64,000 bases of DNA from Camelus dromedarius (lineage: Eukaryota), in the NCBI RefSeq assembly GCF_036321535.1, contig NC_087441.1, forward strand, positions 15,066,001 to 15,130,000, given 5' to 3'. Made by a program: the position numbers and the translations under genes. The notes under the pieces are model-generated. The model saw only the letters and a program-made list of their open reading frames with translations, did not search any database and was not told the DNA's origin. Shown here one piece after another: positions 37,701 to 49,849 of the stretch. How positions within the stretch are numbered: position 1 is the first letter of the stretch; every line of letters begins with the position of its first letter.

Positions 37701-40700
37701 ATGAAATGAATAGACAACTGGCTAGACTGCTTCTTTCTTCAATTATTTGGGATCAGAGTGACTTTACTGTTTGTGATCACTGAGCTCTTCACACTGAAGA
37801 TGGACAAAGACCCCCAGATAACTGAGGTCCTCTGTTACATAGCGCATAGCTGAATCACTCTGGTGAGAAATCCCAAGAATCTCCTTTGAACTTTCATGCT
37901 AACGTGCTTAGTTGCTAAGATCTCAGAGGGGAGAAATATGTAACTTCTGGTCATTTTTCAGACTGAGAATTAGGCTTCCTGAACTCCAGGTAGCGATCAG
38001 GGTCCCCAGTCTGCACACCAGCCCCAGGGCAGTTACGTTTCTAAGATGTTGACCTCTTTCCAGGAAAAGCTCAGAAAGTACACGAACAGGTGGAGCGAGT
38101 TGAGTTTCAAAAAATTAGGTGAAAGAAGTAGTACTTTCAACCTAAGTACTAAGTACATTGTAGCTTAATTATGAAGGGTATCTAGATTTCCGGTCATAAA
38201 ATGCTTGGTGACCTTCAGAAGTGTTCTTTTTCCCCCGCAGACAGTAACATCGTACTTGTCAAGTTGGAATACACAGGTATTTCCTTGCTACGTGACCAGC
38301 ATCGCTGCGTGTTCTTGTTCTGTGGTATAACACAGAAAGTTGTTTTTTTTAAAAAAGTTTTTAGCCTCTGAAGACGCCCTGCTATTGAATTACTGACTTT
38401 AAATTTCACGTACTCCCTCCCTCCACACAGAAATTCGTGACGAAATTTGTAACAAATATGCTCAACTGAAATTCTAGGTGATTTGTAGTTAGTCCCAAGG
38501 ACAGTTAGCTTCTTTTGCAGGATAGTTTAGGTTATCACCTCAGTAGCTGAACACACTGTATTTACCTTCAGTTTGACAAAGATTCTAACAAAGCCACTTA
38601 TCAATCATTAGGTGGGCGCCCTAGAGCTTATCAATCTATAATCCTGTTGAAAGACAACTTCCCACTCATGCGTGGGTATTTTACCCTTCAAGTTCTTGAA
38701 AAACCCTACTTTCTTTCCTTCTTTTCAGTACTTCATTCATGCGTGCGTTCACATCGGTGGTGTATCAGATTTTGTTGCTGGAGGTTTTATGATAAATGTC
38801 ACTTCCAGGCTCACATGCTTCCAATGGGCTGTAGGTTGAAGGTTAGACATTCTTTTCAAAATGAGTGAATGTAGCATTCTTTTCTTTGTAACTCCCCTGG
38901 GCTCCAACCTACTTTCTGTGAAGGGAAACTGTCAAGGTTTCACTTGGCTTTTTCACACCTCCCACTCACCTTCATCCATACCACAAGTCCTGCAAGGTTC
39001 GGACTGCTCAGAGGACCTTTTGCTGGCAGTGACACAGACGTGTGGGTGGGGGAAACTTTGATTCAGAGAAATCATCAGACTTTGTTGTTGCTGTTGATTA
39101 TACTAAGAAAGGATGGGATGGAAGAGAGGGGCAGACGTGTCCAAGAAGTGAGAAGTGAAAAAGCCAAGATCAGCATCAAGGTGAAGGGAAAGAATGAACC
39201 TCAGCCTCCGCATCCTCGAGAGGCAAGTCAGGGCTGGAGGGGACCGGCACCCTTTAGGGCCCCAGAGCCCAGCTACAGTTTCCTGCTAGGCCTGGGGGCC
39301 TGGCCTGCATCTTTGCTTGGCTGGATCTAGATTCCTTCTTTGGGCAAATACAATTTATGTCCACTAAATAAAAGCTGGCTGTTTTCTCTCCCCGCCTTGG
39401 ACTGCTACCAAAACCGGAAGAGAAAATCCCATAAATCTCTGCTCATCCAGATCTTTCTTGTTCTGAAAAGAAGCCCAGCACGAGCTCCCCATCAACAGCA
39501 CGACTTTATCCAACGCCTCCAGCCTACCCTGAGTCCTCGCTTAGAGCCCCTACAGATTCGAGGACTGAACCATGAAATCCAGCCATTAATCATCCTCCAC
39601 CTCAGAGGGGCGGTGGAGCCAGGAAATCCCAGGACACCCAGAGGCCGGGATACCCAGACAGCTGGGTCCTGGGAGGACTCTGCTCCCTCACACCTCCGTC
39701 AATTTGTGTGGTCTCCGTTCTCTCGTCTGCATCATTAAAAAACATGGGCTAAAGATCTGTACGTTGACTTGTCACTCTAAGACTTCACATTCACGCGTTG
39801 TCTTCTCATTGTTGCTGGTTTCAAGTCACAAGAGCAGACATTGTGTTTTATATGCTGCGTTCTCTTCCTCTTCGCGTGGCATCAGAGAGCTGGGCAAGTG
39901 GTACCTTCTCTACTCATTGATTCAATGAGCGTTTATTGAAATTTTGCTCTCCACCAAGCACTGCACTGGAGGCTGTGTAACTGGTACATGAGATAGCGGC
40001 TCTGAGCATCTTTAGAGCATTCAGTGATCCTTATACGTCACAGATCTCCAGGCTGTGCCTTCAGAGTTTTTGATTTCACGGGTCTGCTGCCCTCAAGTTT
40101 GTACTTCTAAGGAGTTAAAGCCAGGCGATGCTGGGGCTGTTGGTGGAGAGAAGCATCTTGTGAGCCCCAGTCTGTCCTCACTGCAGTTAGAGCAGTGCTC
40201 TCCTAGCCAGGTGTTTTTATTTTAACAGCTGGCACCTGAACTCCTGTTCAGGAAGAATCAGCCTCTGCCTGAAAAGAAGCCTTGATGCGCCTGCTCGCCT
40301 GCTGGCTCTGGGTGAGACCCATTGGATGTCAGCCAGCACCAAGCTCTCAGGAAGGGGAAGTGACTCCTCGGGAGACAATGTGAGGAATTTGCGGGGTTTG
40401 TTCTTGAAGGGAGGGGGGAGATGGATGAAGAGGGTGAAAGGATGGCAGGAGAAAAGGCCCAGGTGAGGTGGTGGGGCCAGCCATCCCTCTGAAGACTTTT
40501 GTGCTGCCAAACCTGTCTTTGCATCTTCTCGCTGCCCCACCCATGCTCCCCAAACCTCAACACAAGGAAGCAGGAACGCAGGGGAGAAGAGGCCATGAGG
40601 AGATGTGGAAAACACAAGAATCCTATAGAGAGTCCCGAGGCCCCAAGGGCTGCAGAGCTGGAATGCGTGGTGGTGCTGGAGCCCAGGCTGGAGCCCTGGC

Positions 40701-40899
40701 GTGGCAAGAGGCAGGAGACCCTCACCAGCATCTGGGTTAAGCCGTGGCTGATAGCCGAGTTTCCATGAGGTCTTGTAGACCGAGACAGGCATGGATTTTA
40801 TTTATTGTGTTTTCATTTTTAGCTTCAGGCCTTTACAGAAAGAACGAAGCTGAAATTCCATTAATATTACTATGACCACAACGACACCATATTGCCCTA

Positions 40900-41700
40900 G
40901 TGCTGGGCACTTTCTCACACGTGTTCTTTGATCTTTGCCTCCGTCTTGTCAGAGACAATCGGCTGGCATTAGTTTTCCATTCCTGTTTGGAAACAGAGGC
41001 GCGAAGAGAGGAACAATAAAGACGCAGCTGAGAGCAGCTCTCCCGACGGCTTTCCTCGCGGTTCCCGGGGAAGGGCCTTGGTTCTCAGCGCCCTAGTCTC
41101 TCAAATGAGGTCGCTACAGAGTTTAGTTCTAATTCTGAGCCAATCAGCACAGAGAAGAGCATTTCAGAATATCCCGGTGAGGAGGTGAAATCATTTTGTC
41201 CGGAACATCTCAGATCGAGAGCCCTAGCTTTTCTCTTTAAAATCTGCATGTTGTTTGTCCACAGGAGCGAAGTTGGGAGGGCTGGGATCACACTCAACTC
41301 TCACATTCTACAGCCCTATCTTCCTTTCTGATATAAATCTTGTAGCTAAAAAGCTCTACAGGATGTAACAACCAGTCCCGGCCAAATCCTCTATTTTTTG
41401 GCAACACTTACTCCATCTGTCTTTACGGTCGACAAACAAATCAATTTTATTCTAAATCAAAATGATGGGTTTCCTAGCAGCCGGAGCAGGCTTCCAGCGC
41501 TGGCGCAGGAGAATTCCGGGATGGGCGGGACCCGGAGGCCCCTCCCACTTAGCTTGTCTCTTCAGGTGCCGTCCTTAGTCAGGTGAGGTCAAGTTTAACT
41601 CCCTAAGAGGGAAGAGGACAGGATCCCAGAGAGGAGAGGCGGAGCATCAGAGCGACCTTTCCTCTCCATCCTTGGCCAAACCGCCACACTTACAGGTAAT
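40900..41700. promoter_or_regulatory. CpG-retaining unique segment with GC box (candidate enhancer/promoter)
   Basis: About 30 CpG in 800 bp by hand count, clustered at 40995-41095 and 41480-41575; GGGCGG at 41523-41528. Confidence 0.4.
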
Positions 41701-41759
41701 CACACTTAGAGATAAAGGAGGGCCAGCAGGATGGGCCCAAGGATAAGAGCAGTATTATT

Positions 41760-41910
41760 TATTAAGCCCTAATGTGCCAGATTCATTCCCTTCTCAGCAT
41801 TGCCCTTAAGTGAGTGTCCCTGCCTCACAGAAGAGAGAGCTTGTCTGGGGGACCTGAAGCCGCCTGTCCTAGTTAGTAGCTGGTAGAGTCGGGATTTGAA
41901 CCTGTATTAC
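41760..41910 (-). mobile_element. MIR fragment
   Basis: ctagttagtagctggtagagtcgggatttgaacctg. Confidence 0.4.
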
Positions 41911-42112
41911 TGCAAAACCCCACCCTATTCCATTCGTTGGTTTCCCAAAGCCTGCCTGTGAGAAAATAAAAACAAGTGACTTTGTTCATAAACATGAATT
42001 CACATCTTTTTAATTTGGAGATTATGTTCTTAGTTGGTTTTTGGCTTTGTTTTGATGTTAAACTCTTCATTCGTTTCTCAAAATCATGGTGATGGTAGAT
42101 AGTACCTCTCTT

Positions 42113-42278
42113 NNNNNNNNNNNNNNNNNNNNNNNNNNNNNNNNNNNNNNNNNNNNNNNNNNNNNNNNNNNNNNNNNNNNNNNNNNNNNNNNNNNNNNNN
42201 NNNNNNNNNNNNNNNNNNNNNNNNNNNNNNNNNNNNNNNNNNNNNNNNNNNNNNNNNNNNNNNNNNNNNNNNNNNNNN
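42113..42278. other. Assembly gap (166 N)
   Basis: N run. Confidence 1.
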
Positions 42279-42367
42279 CCCCTCTCCTCTTCTCCCCCTC
42301 CCCCTTGCTGCTCCTCTTCTTCCTCCATTTCTTCTCCTTCTCTTTCGCCTCTTTTTTTTTTTTTTTA
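42279..42367. repeat. CT-rich polypyrimidine tract ending in poly(T), running into the gap
   Basis: cccctctcctcttctccccctccccttgctgctcctcttc...tttttttt; source of the Glu/Lys/Arg-rich spurious ORFs. Confidence 0.9.
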
Positions 42368-43514
42368 AACTCCACCAAAAAACCACCCTGACAATCCTAT
42401 TTTGGATCCATATTTCTATTCTTTTTTTTTTTTCTTGTTCTGTAAATTCCGAAAGTCTGGGACCTCTATTTTATACAAAGTAACTCATCATAGTTGAAGA
42501 ATAGCACAGCTCTAGAATCCAGGGCCAAGTCCATGGCCTAGGTAATGTGCTGAAATATTTGACTTAGGATTTGCTGACACAGGACGTTGGGTTCAAGTTT
42601 GACGATAAACTGTCAGTAGGGCATAAATACTCGGGGCATTTTAGTGGAAGGTCATCTCTTCTCTAAGCTGCAGTCTCTTGTTCCTTTCAGATTTCCATGT
42701 TTCCTCCCTAGAGTCTCTGTATGTCTTGTTTCTCAAAATGACAGAATGTGCAAATCAGTTAATATTCCCCTGAAGCCTCTCTTATTTAGTTTTATGCACG
42801 GTTATTTTCATTGCAGGGGAAAGCCTGAGCATATTTTTTTCTATTTCAAGCGTGCTCATGATTTTTACAAACAGTATGGAATTGTGTGATGGCCCTCTTG
42901 CACTTGAACGAAGCACTGCCAACTGGGGACTGATTGAGAAAATCTGCAGTTTGATCTGCAACCTTCCCTTGCTGACTTCACATTCCGTGGTGTTAATCAG
43001 CCGTGGACAGAGCTGCTGGTGACGCCTCTCTCCCTTTGAACTCCGTCACCCGTGGACTGTGAGTCGTCCACCCCCTCAGCCTCAGAGCCACGTCTTCAAA
43101 CACAGCCCTGTCTGCGCCATCCCAGCTCCAGGCCTCCAGAGTGTCTCTCAGCTCAAAGTCCGTTAGTTTGCTTTATGGCTGTAGTAAATCATTCCACACA
43201 CCATGGAGCAGAGGAAAAGCCTGATTTATTAGACCTACCTGCTTGGTTCTTTCAGAGTCAGATTCCCATACTGAATAATTTTCTCTCTTCAATTTTTTTC
43301 TTTTTATATGTTTTAAATATTTAAATAAAATACCCATGGAGCATCCCTTAGAAGCGGACCAGGGACCTTCCAGTCCTGGCTGAACCCTGGTGATGGTTTC
43401 CAAGCGGTAACATTACTGTCTCTTTCTTTCCCTCTCAATCTCTCCTATTTATTTCATCTTCCTCTTTCTCACCACATCTTCCTCACCTTCCTTTGCTCAG
43501 AGGAAAAGGAATAG

Positions 43515-43760
43515 TGCACTCATTCATTCATTTGTTCACTCATTCATTCCAAGTGCTGTGTTAGGTGATGCAGACCCAGCAGTGAACAAGAGGGGCTAGG
43601 TCCCTGCCCTGATAGAGGGTGTGGCCTAGAGGGTCAGATAATGGTGAGAGGGGCATTTATTATATAGAGCAGTGAGTGCCAGGGAAGAGTACTTTCTCGA
43701 GGGTCAGGTCCAGCTCCCAGAAGGTTTCTCCTAAGCTGAAAGCTGAGCCATGAGCACTGG
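43515..43760 (-). mobile_element. L2 3' fragment
   Basis: (ttca)n-like end, then gtgctgtgttaggtgatgcaga...gtgaacaag...gtccctgccctga. Confidence 0.65.
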
Positions 43761-45029
43761 GGAGGGAGCCAGGCACCTAAGCAAATGTTGCTTTAGTTGG
43801 CCCTCTGGAATCATCTGGCTTTGTTTGTGGGCTGTAAGTTTTATCTTTGGTGACTTTAGACTGGTTATCTGACTACAGCAGGAAATGTGGTGCAGATGTG
43901 ACAGGTAGAGAAATATGATCAGAGCAGAAGCCAGAAGACAATCCCTTAAAACTATAGTGATCCCTGACGTTAATATAGTGAAATAAGCCGAAGTGCAAAG
44001 GGTCATCTGAGTGTGTGCGTGTGTGCTCTGTGTGTTGTGTGCTCTCGTATGCGTGTATTATACTGCTCATTTCTTGTTTCTGTAACTAATGAGTCCAGTT
44101 TTCATCCAAACAAATTAACTCACTCTTGTGAATTATAAGCATCACCTGAGACTAGATTTTCCCAAAAGCCCAAAAGAAAATGCTTGATAAAGTGTTTAAG
44201 AATTTAGAATCCATTGTTTTCCAAATCAGGACCAGTGATAACTCTGGCTCTGTGGTTTTTCTTTTTCCTCTTGAGGAGAACATTATTTTGATATATTTTT
44301 GCCATTTAAATTTTGATAAAAAGACGTCTGTCTAGAAGAAACCATTTACTGTAGTGAATTAAAGCATCAATTGTGATCAAACTTGCCTTGCTTTATTCTT
44401 TGTTTTTTTTTTTTCACTTCTTGCATCCATTTTCCCACTTAGGAAATATATGGATTCCCAGGACAGGGTGAAATGAGACTTGTAAGGAAGTAGCCTAGCG
44501 CTGCATGTTTCACCTTATCTAGCTATGTCTTCCCCCTGATTTGGGTTTATTGAAGTGAAGCAGTAACACAGAATGGTATTTAGGTCTTTCTTTTCCTGGC
44601 GTCTTAGTAAGAAAGTGATCACACATTCTTTAGTAGCTGCTCTGGTTGTTAACATCCATGCAATTACATTTCTAGATCATTTGCCTCAATCTTCAAAAGA
44701 GAGAAAAGGGACTCTGTTGCTCGGGTTGTCAGAAATTAGTGATTAAAATTCTAAATAAAAACAACTTTGAAAAAGACTCTTCTTTTTGATTTCTGAAACA
44801 GTTTACTAAAAATTTATCCTGAAGTTTTAAGAATTGTGTAAACAAACTAGTTAGTTAACTATCTAAAGCCTACCCTAATCCAATGATTTTTTTTTGTCAT
44901 TCACCCTGTTTTGTTTTCTTTATATTATTTATCACTATCAAATTTTCTTTATTTGTTTGCTTTATCCAGGAAAGAAATGGAATCCAGAAATAAAAATGGA
45001 AATTCATTACCTTTTCCTCTGGAACATTA

Positions 45030-45175
45030 GCTTCTTGAAATCAGACACTTTATCTTGGTCACTGCTAAGTCTTCAGCTTTAGTCCCGTGCCTGGCAAATA
45101 GTAGGGCCTTCATAAGTATATGTTCACACAGTAAGGCCTTCATAAGAATATGTTGAACAAATGAATAAATGAACA
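45030..45175 (+). mobile_element. L2 3' end with internal 30-bp tandem duplication
   Basis: gtgcctggcaaatagtagggcc...tgttgaacaaatgaataaatga. Confidence 0.6.
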
Positions 45176-46235
45176 TTTCCATCTGTAACAACTTTCCCAG
45201 GAAAATTATATTTTATTGCTATTATACAATCAAAATTGGATAAATAATTTGGGTGCTGAACAAAAAAAAAAAAAAGGAAGTGTAACAGGCCTGGGGATCA
45301 GGAACCCACAGCCCAGTAGCAACATTTACATGTAAAATTTTGGCTGGAGAATTTGGATTGCATTTAACGTCCATTTGTTGGGTGAAGATGTGACTGGTTT
45401 TTATGACATGCTAATATGTCCTGGGGGTTGTTATTAAATAGAAGGCTATTTTGTAAGGCATCAATATTAGGTCTGGAAGTATTATCAATTAATAAAGAAA
45501 GAAAACAGAAGCAAATAATTAGCTTGATGGAAAATAGGCAATTAAATTTATAGAAATGGAATGAAGTGACATTTTGAAGGCTGTCTTAAAAAATTAATCA
45601 CTGGCAACTATTTTTCAAGTGGATTTGCCTTACTAAAATCCAGATCACTGCATAGAGTAATTCCTTAACTCAGTAATGGGGAAAGGGCAAGTTTATTCAT
45701 TATATATTCTGAGTGGAACTGAGAGTTATTTTAGCCCTGTGCTCTTTTTTGATATTGGGTCATTTTCTTTGGAAAGACTCAAGCATTTTACCAGTAGGAT
45801 TTCAGGATTATTCTTAACATCCCAGTGAGGAGACAGGGAAATTGTACCATTGAAAAAATGAGAAATGAGGCCAGGAGAGACTCTGAAAATCAGGTTGGAG
45901 TTATGAGGAGTTGGAAAATAATTTGGGCCCAATAATTCCCAGCTGTCTCCACTGGATTTTCTCAGCTGTTCAGTCTAGTTGCTTTCTGTGTAGTAAAGAA
46001 TCTATTTGATTAATACCTTTTTCACTCATCAAGGTAAACTCTAAATTCTGCTTCATATGTGCTAAATGGGAATTAAAAAATAAGAAACAGTGTGAGTTTA
46101 ACCTTGAGAAACTTAAAAGAATTTTATAATTGAGTAATGGATCTTGATATTTCTGAGAAAAATGACTGTGACGAACACCTATCAATAGGGCAAATCAGAG
46201 AATGGATGTGAATGACTGGAGGCATTAAATGGAGG

Positions 46236-46687
46236 TGTGGAATGAATTAAATCTCAACTAAAATTGGAGTTGGAACAGGCCTTTGGGGTGAGCTGTCAAA
46301 CCCTACCATGTACCATTAGTTACTCCAAACAGGAAGAGATGGACACCTGCATCTCCAGTAGGAAGGTGTTGCTTACTTTACCTCCCAGCAGGGAGAAGAA
46401 GTGATAGGGAGGTTCTCTCCGCCAGGTGACAGCCCAGCCAATCAGAGACTCAGTAGTCCAACCAATGAGGAACCTCCATACTTTGGATTTCCAGCTTCCT
46501 CCAATGGACTCTTTGGTTATATCAGCCCCTTGTAACTCCTCCCCTTTCCCTATAAAAGCAAGTTCCCCTTGCTTGTTCTCTGGAGTTGGGGATGCTCTGC
46601 CCTAGTTAACATAGTTCTCCTAGCTCTTCTTGAATAAACTTGCTTTTGCTGGTAAATTAACTGGCTATTATATTTTTGAGGTTGACA
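46236..46687 (+). mobile_element. Solo ERV1-type LTR (452 bp)
   Basis: TG...CA termini; 4-bp TSD-like GAGG/GGGG; CCAAT at 46438, 46462 and 46501; TATAAAA at 46551-46557; AATAAA at 46633-46638. Confidence 0.8.
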
Positions 46688-47659
46688 GGGGCACTTTAAG
46701 CAGCAGCCATGATGACAGGAAGCAGGTGGAGAGCTGGCTCCCCCTGAGAATGTACCACACGTGGCCCCTCGGGCTTGTTTACTCTCAGCCTGGGCTAACA
46801 CAGAAGGGCAGACGCAGGGCAAGTTTAAATGTGTATGTGGTTCTTGTTGAGAGTGAAAGGGTATCCCAGCGAAATACCACAACTGAGTTGGCAAACAAAG
46901 ATTAAGATAAAAGTGTGTGCTTAAAACAGAGAACATGATTTCTATGAGGTAGGAGAGAGCGGGGCTGCACTAAGCGAAAAGGAAAGCTTGCCACCATCGA
47001 GTAACTTAACCAGAGCAGAATCAAAGAGGGTTAAATCCATTGAAGTTGTAACAATTCACCACGAAGAGGAGACTTGAATAATAGTTGACTATTTAATTTA
47101 TATAGACAACCTTAATAATTTGCCTAAAAAATTTGGCTTTTAGTTTTGAATTATCCAAATGCACTTGCCCTGAAGTCACTGCTCTAAGCTCTGTCAGACT
47201 CTGGGAGCCCTAGTAATTCAGGTAATTTTAGGCAAAAATGGTTCAGCCAGTTCTATCCATGCCTCTGTAATTCACCAAACTCAAGCTCCTCAGATCCCTA
47301 ATTCTCTCTCATAATCTCATCTCCAAAGCACACTGCTCCCCTCCCCGCACCTGCCAGCCTCCTTCAACTGCTAACCTTCACGGTTTATAAAAGCAAACCA
47401 TTGTAACATTCACAAGAGTTACTTATTGTGTGAGGATAAGGCCGCTTTGCTGAACCAAGATGCTGGACACCAGCGAGGCTCACCCACAAGCAAAAGGTCT
47501 GGCTTGAACATTTGTGATTCAAACTCATGTATTCACATGTTACAGTGTGTCACATGTCATGAACCTATATGTCACTTGAGACTAGTTGCAAATAAAATAT
47601 TAAATATGCAGCAGCTCTGAGTCTATTGTAATTTATGCAGAAATGCTTTGAAAACTTGA

Positions 47660-47830
47660 ATGCCATAGCTCTTAACCTTTTTCTTGGTCACAGACCGCTT
47701 AGAGAATCTGGCAAAAATTCGGACCCCTTCCCAAGAGAAATACACACCAATAAGCTTGTAAGATTTTGCATATAAATTCAAGACGTTCATGGATCTTCTG
47801 ACATATTATAGATGCCCTGTCTAAAGGGAT
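47660..47830. mobile_element. hAT-Charlie MITE (MER103C-like)
   Basis: ctcttaacctttttcttggtcacagaccgcttagagaatctg...attttgcatataaattcaag. Confidence 0.6.
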
Positions 47831-47889
47831 TTATAAGTATAAAATGTTATTAAGAGTATTCTTTTTACATGTGAGTGAACAGCATAATG

Positions 47890-48095
47890 TAGAATCGTGC
47901 ATTTGACACAACCTCAATGATATGCTACACATAGGAAAGAATATACGTATAGAGAAAAGACTGGAAAGGTATGCACCAGTATGTAAGTATTTGGGTGATG
48001 AGATTGTGGTTGATTTTAATTTTCTTCTCTGAATTTTGTTATATTTTCCTAACTTAAAAATGATATTTTCAATAGTTTATTTTCACAAAAGTAGC
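47890..48095 (+). mobile_element. L1ME 3' end
   Basis: gagaaaagactggaaaggtatgcacca...gggtgatgagattgtggttgattttaattttcttct. Confidence 0.6.
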
Positions 48096-48279
48096 TGTTT
48101 CTTGTGACTAATTATAGAAATACTATACTGTGCTTTCAAAAGCAAATCTAAAAAGAGGACACTCCTTTTGGTGGCTGCTTCATTCACAATATTTAGCAGT
48201 CTCTGGGACCATGTGATCTACACCATGAGAACCTTTCTCCTGCACTTCTCATCGGTTTGTGGGTTGGGGGGCCTGACTC

Positions 48280-48625
48280 AGTTAAACCAGTCAGTGTCTT
48301 TTCCCAAGATTTTTATGAACTCTAAGAAGAAGCCAGTTTCTCTGTGGTGACAGAAGCTGTGAGTGAGGTCTGGGAGCTTTGAAGAGGGGAGGAGGACACA
48401 TTTCCTGCTGACCTGTAATGAGAAGGAGACAGAGAGACACCAGACAGTTCCTGGTTCCAGTTGCCCTGGAGTCCACCTGTACCCTAGTCCTTCCTGCATT
48501 TTTGTTTTTCAATTTTTCCTTTGATTTTATACCTTTTACTCTTATAACAGATTTCCTTTTTGTCTGAACTGGTTAGCGCTGGGCTTCTGGCACCTGAAAC
48601 CAACAAACCCACACAATTAACAAAA
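48280..48625 (+). mobile_element. Old ERVL/MaLR LTR (LTR33/MLT1-like)
   Basis: gttcctggttccagttgccctgga...ttcctttttgtctgaactggttagcgctgggcttctggcacctgaaaccaac. Confidence 0.5.
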
Positions 48626-49484
48626 GTATATTTATCAGTACTCAGGAATAAAATTTGACCCAAGTTGTGAGAGAAATGAAATCAACAATATTTTTTAACA
48701 CAGAAAGTGGCTGGCTTGGGGTTTCTGGCTCTGTGCAGGACAGAGGAGGTTCAAAAAGCAGAGACAAACCAGGATGACTAGTTCAGATCCTTAGATCATT
48801 CTGTTCATTTAGGAGACAGAACTTGTCTTCTTGGCTCTCTGTAGAAACAGACAATAACAGAATTGTTCAAACCCTGGTTATAACCATAAAAATTACAAGT
48901 CTCTTCTCTCATTTATGAATGTGATGCTTGGGATAACAAATTTACAAGTGGATGAAAGATAAATATGTTTTCTAATTCAATGAGCTTAAAAATAACCCCT
49001 GCATTAATTTGGCAACCTGAAAATATCTGAGCTCTGCTAAAGAGAAGAATCTTAGCAAGTTGGCAGCGACGCTCTACAAGAGTAGTTGCTTTACGTGAGG
49101 CCATGTGCTCTCCATAGACAATTCCATTTCAGCAAATCTTTACCTGTGCTAAAAGTAGTTAAAAATACTGCAGCATGGCTTAATTATTCTAGGAATACCT
49201 GACATAGTGAAATTTTAGAACAACTTTCTTAATTAAAATATAACTCATCTGAGCAAAAAGCTCTAACAAATCCAGTCCTATCTGTATTCCTCCTGAAAGT
49301 GTGGGAAATTGTATTCTCTATTGGCAAATGTGTGTTTCTGTTAACTTTAGAAATGGCCTGCCCAGGACAATGTGGTAAACAGGCCACGATAGAGCCAATT
49401 CCACCCGCGGAGCCTGGTTAGAATTACACAGCCAGTGGGAAAGAGTTTTGAGTTCACATCCAGACTGCCTATAAGATAATGAAA

Positions 49485-49630
49485 CTAATGTATTATTTTT
49501 CATATTCTTTTCCATTATAGGTTATTACAGGCTATTGAATACAGATAGTAGGAAATTGTTGTTTATCTATTCTGTATATAGTAGTTTTGTATCTGCTAAT
49601 CCCAAACACCCAATTTATCCCTTCCCCCTT
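49485..49630 (-). mobile_element. Artiodactyl-type L1 3' UTR fragment
   Basis: ttcttttccattataggttattacag...ttgttgtttatctattctgtatatagtag...ctgctaatcccaaac. Confidence 0.75.
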
Positions 49631-49849
49631 GAATATTTTTTTATTCAACATCCTGTAACCTACATACTCTAATTCAGATAAAAGCTATGCTCACATTTCT
49701 TGGAGGCTGAGAGATATTGTTATCACAGTATTTTAGATCACGACTTTGAGTCACTTCCCTGATGTCTCTGGATGATTCTAGGTTTTGGAATTGATGCTTT
49801 ATCTATGAAATCAGCACTTTCAGCAGGGCTTCCAAACTGTTAGGATCTC

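Noticed and set aside
38432-38455. aaattcgtga resembling the U6 snRNA 3' end within a near-palindrome
   Set aside because: Only 10 nt match; the rest of U6 is absent.
40217-40792. Longest ORF in the window (191 aa, minus) with several overlapping ORFs
   Set aside because: GC-rich sequence open in multiple frames on both strands; no domain, Kozak or splice support.
41873-42391. Glu/Lys/Arg-rich ORFs
   Set aside because: Artefacts of the N gap plus the CT-rich low-complexity tract.
46419-46432. CTCF-like CCGCCAGGTGACAG inside the ERV1 LTR
   Set aside because: Mismatch at a highly conserved G of the GGC core.
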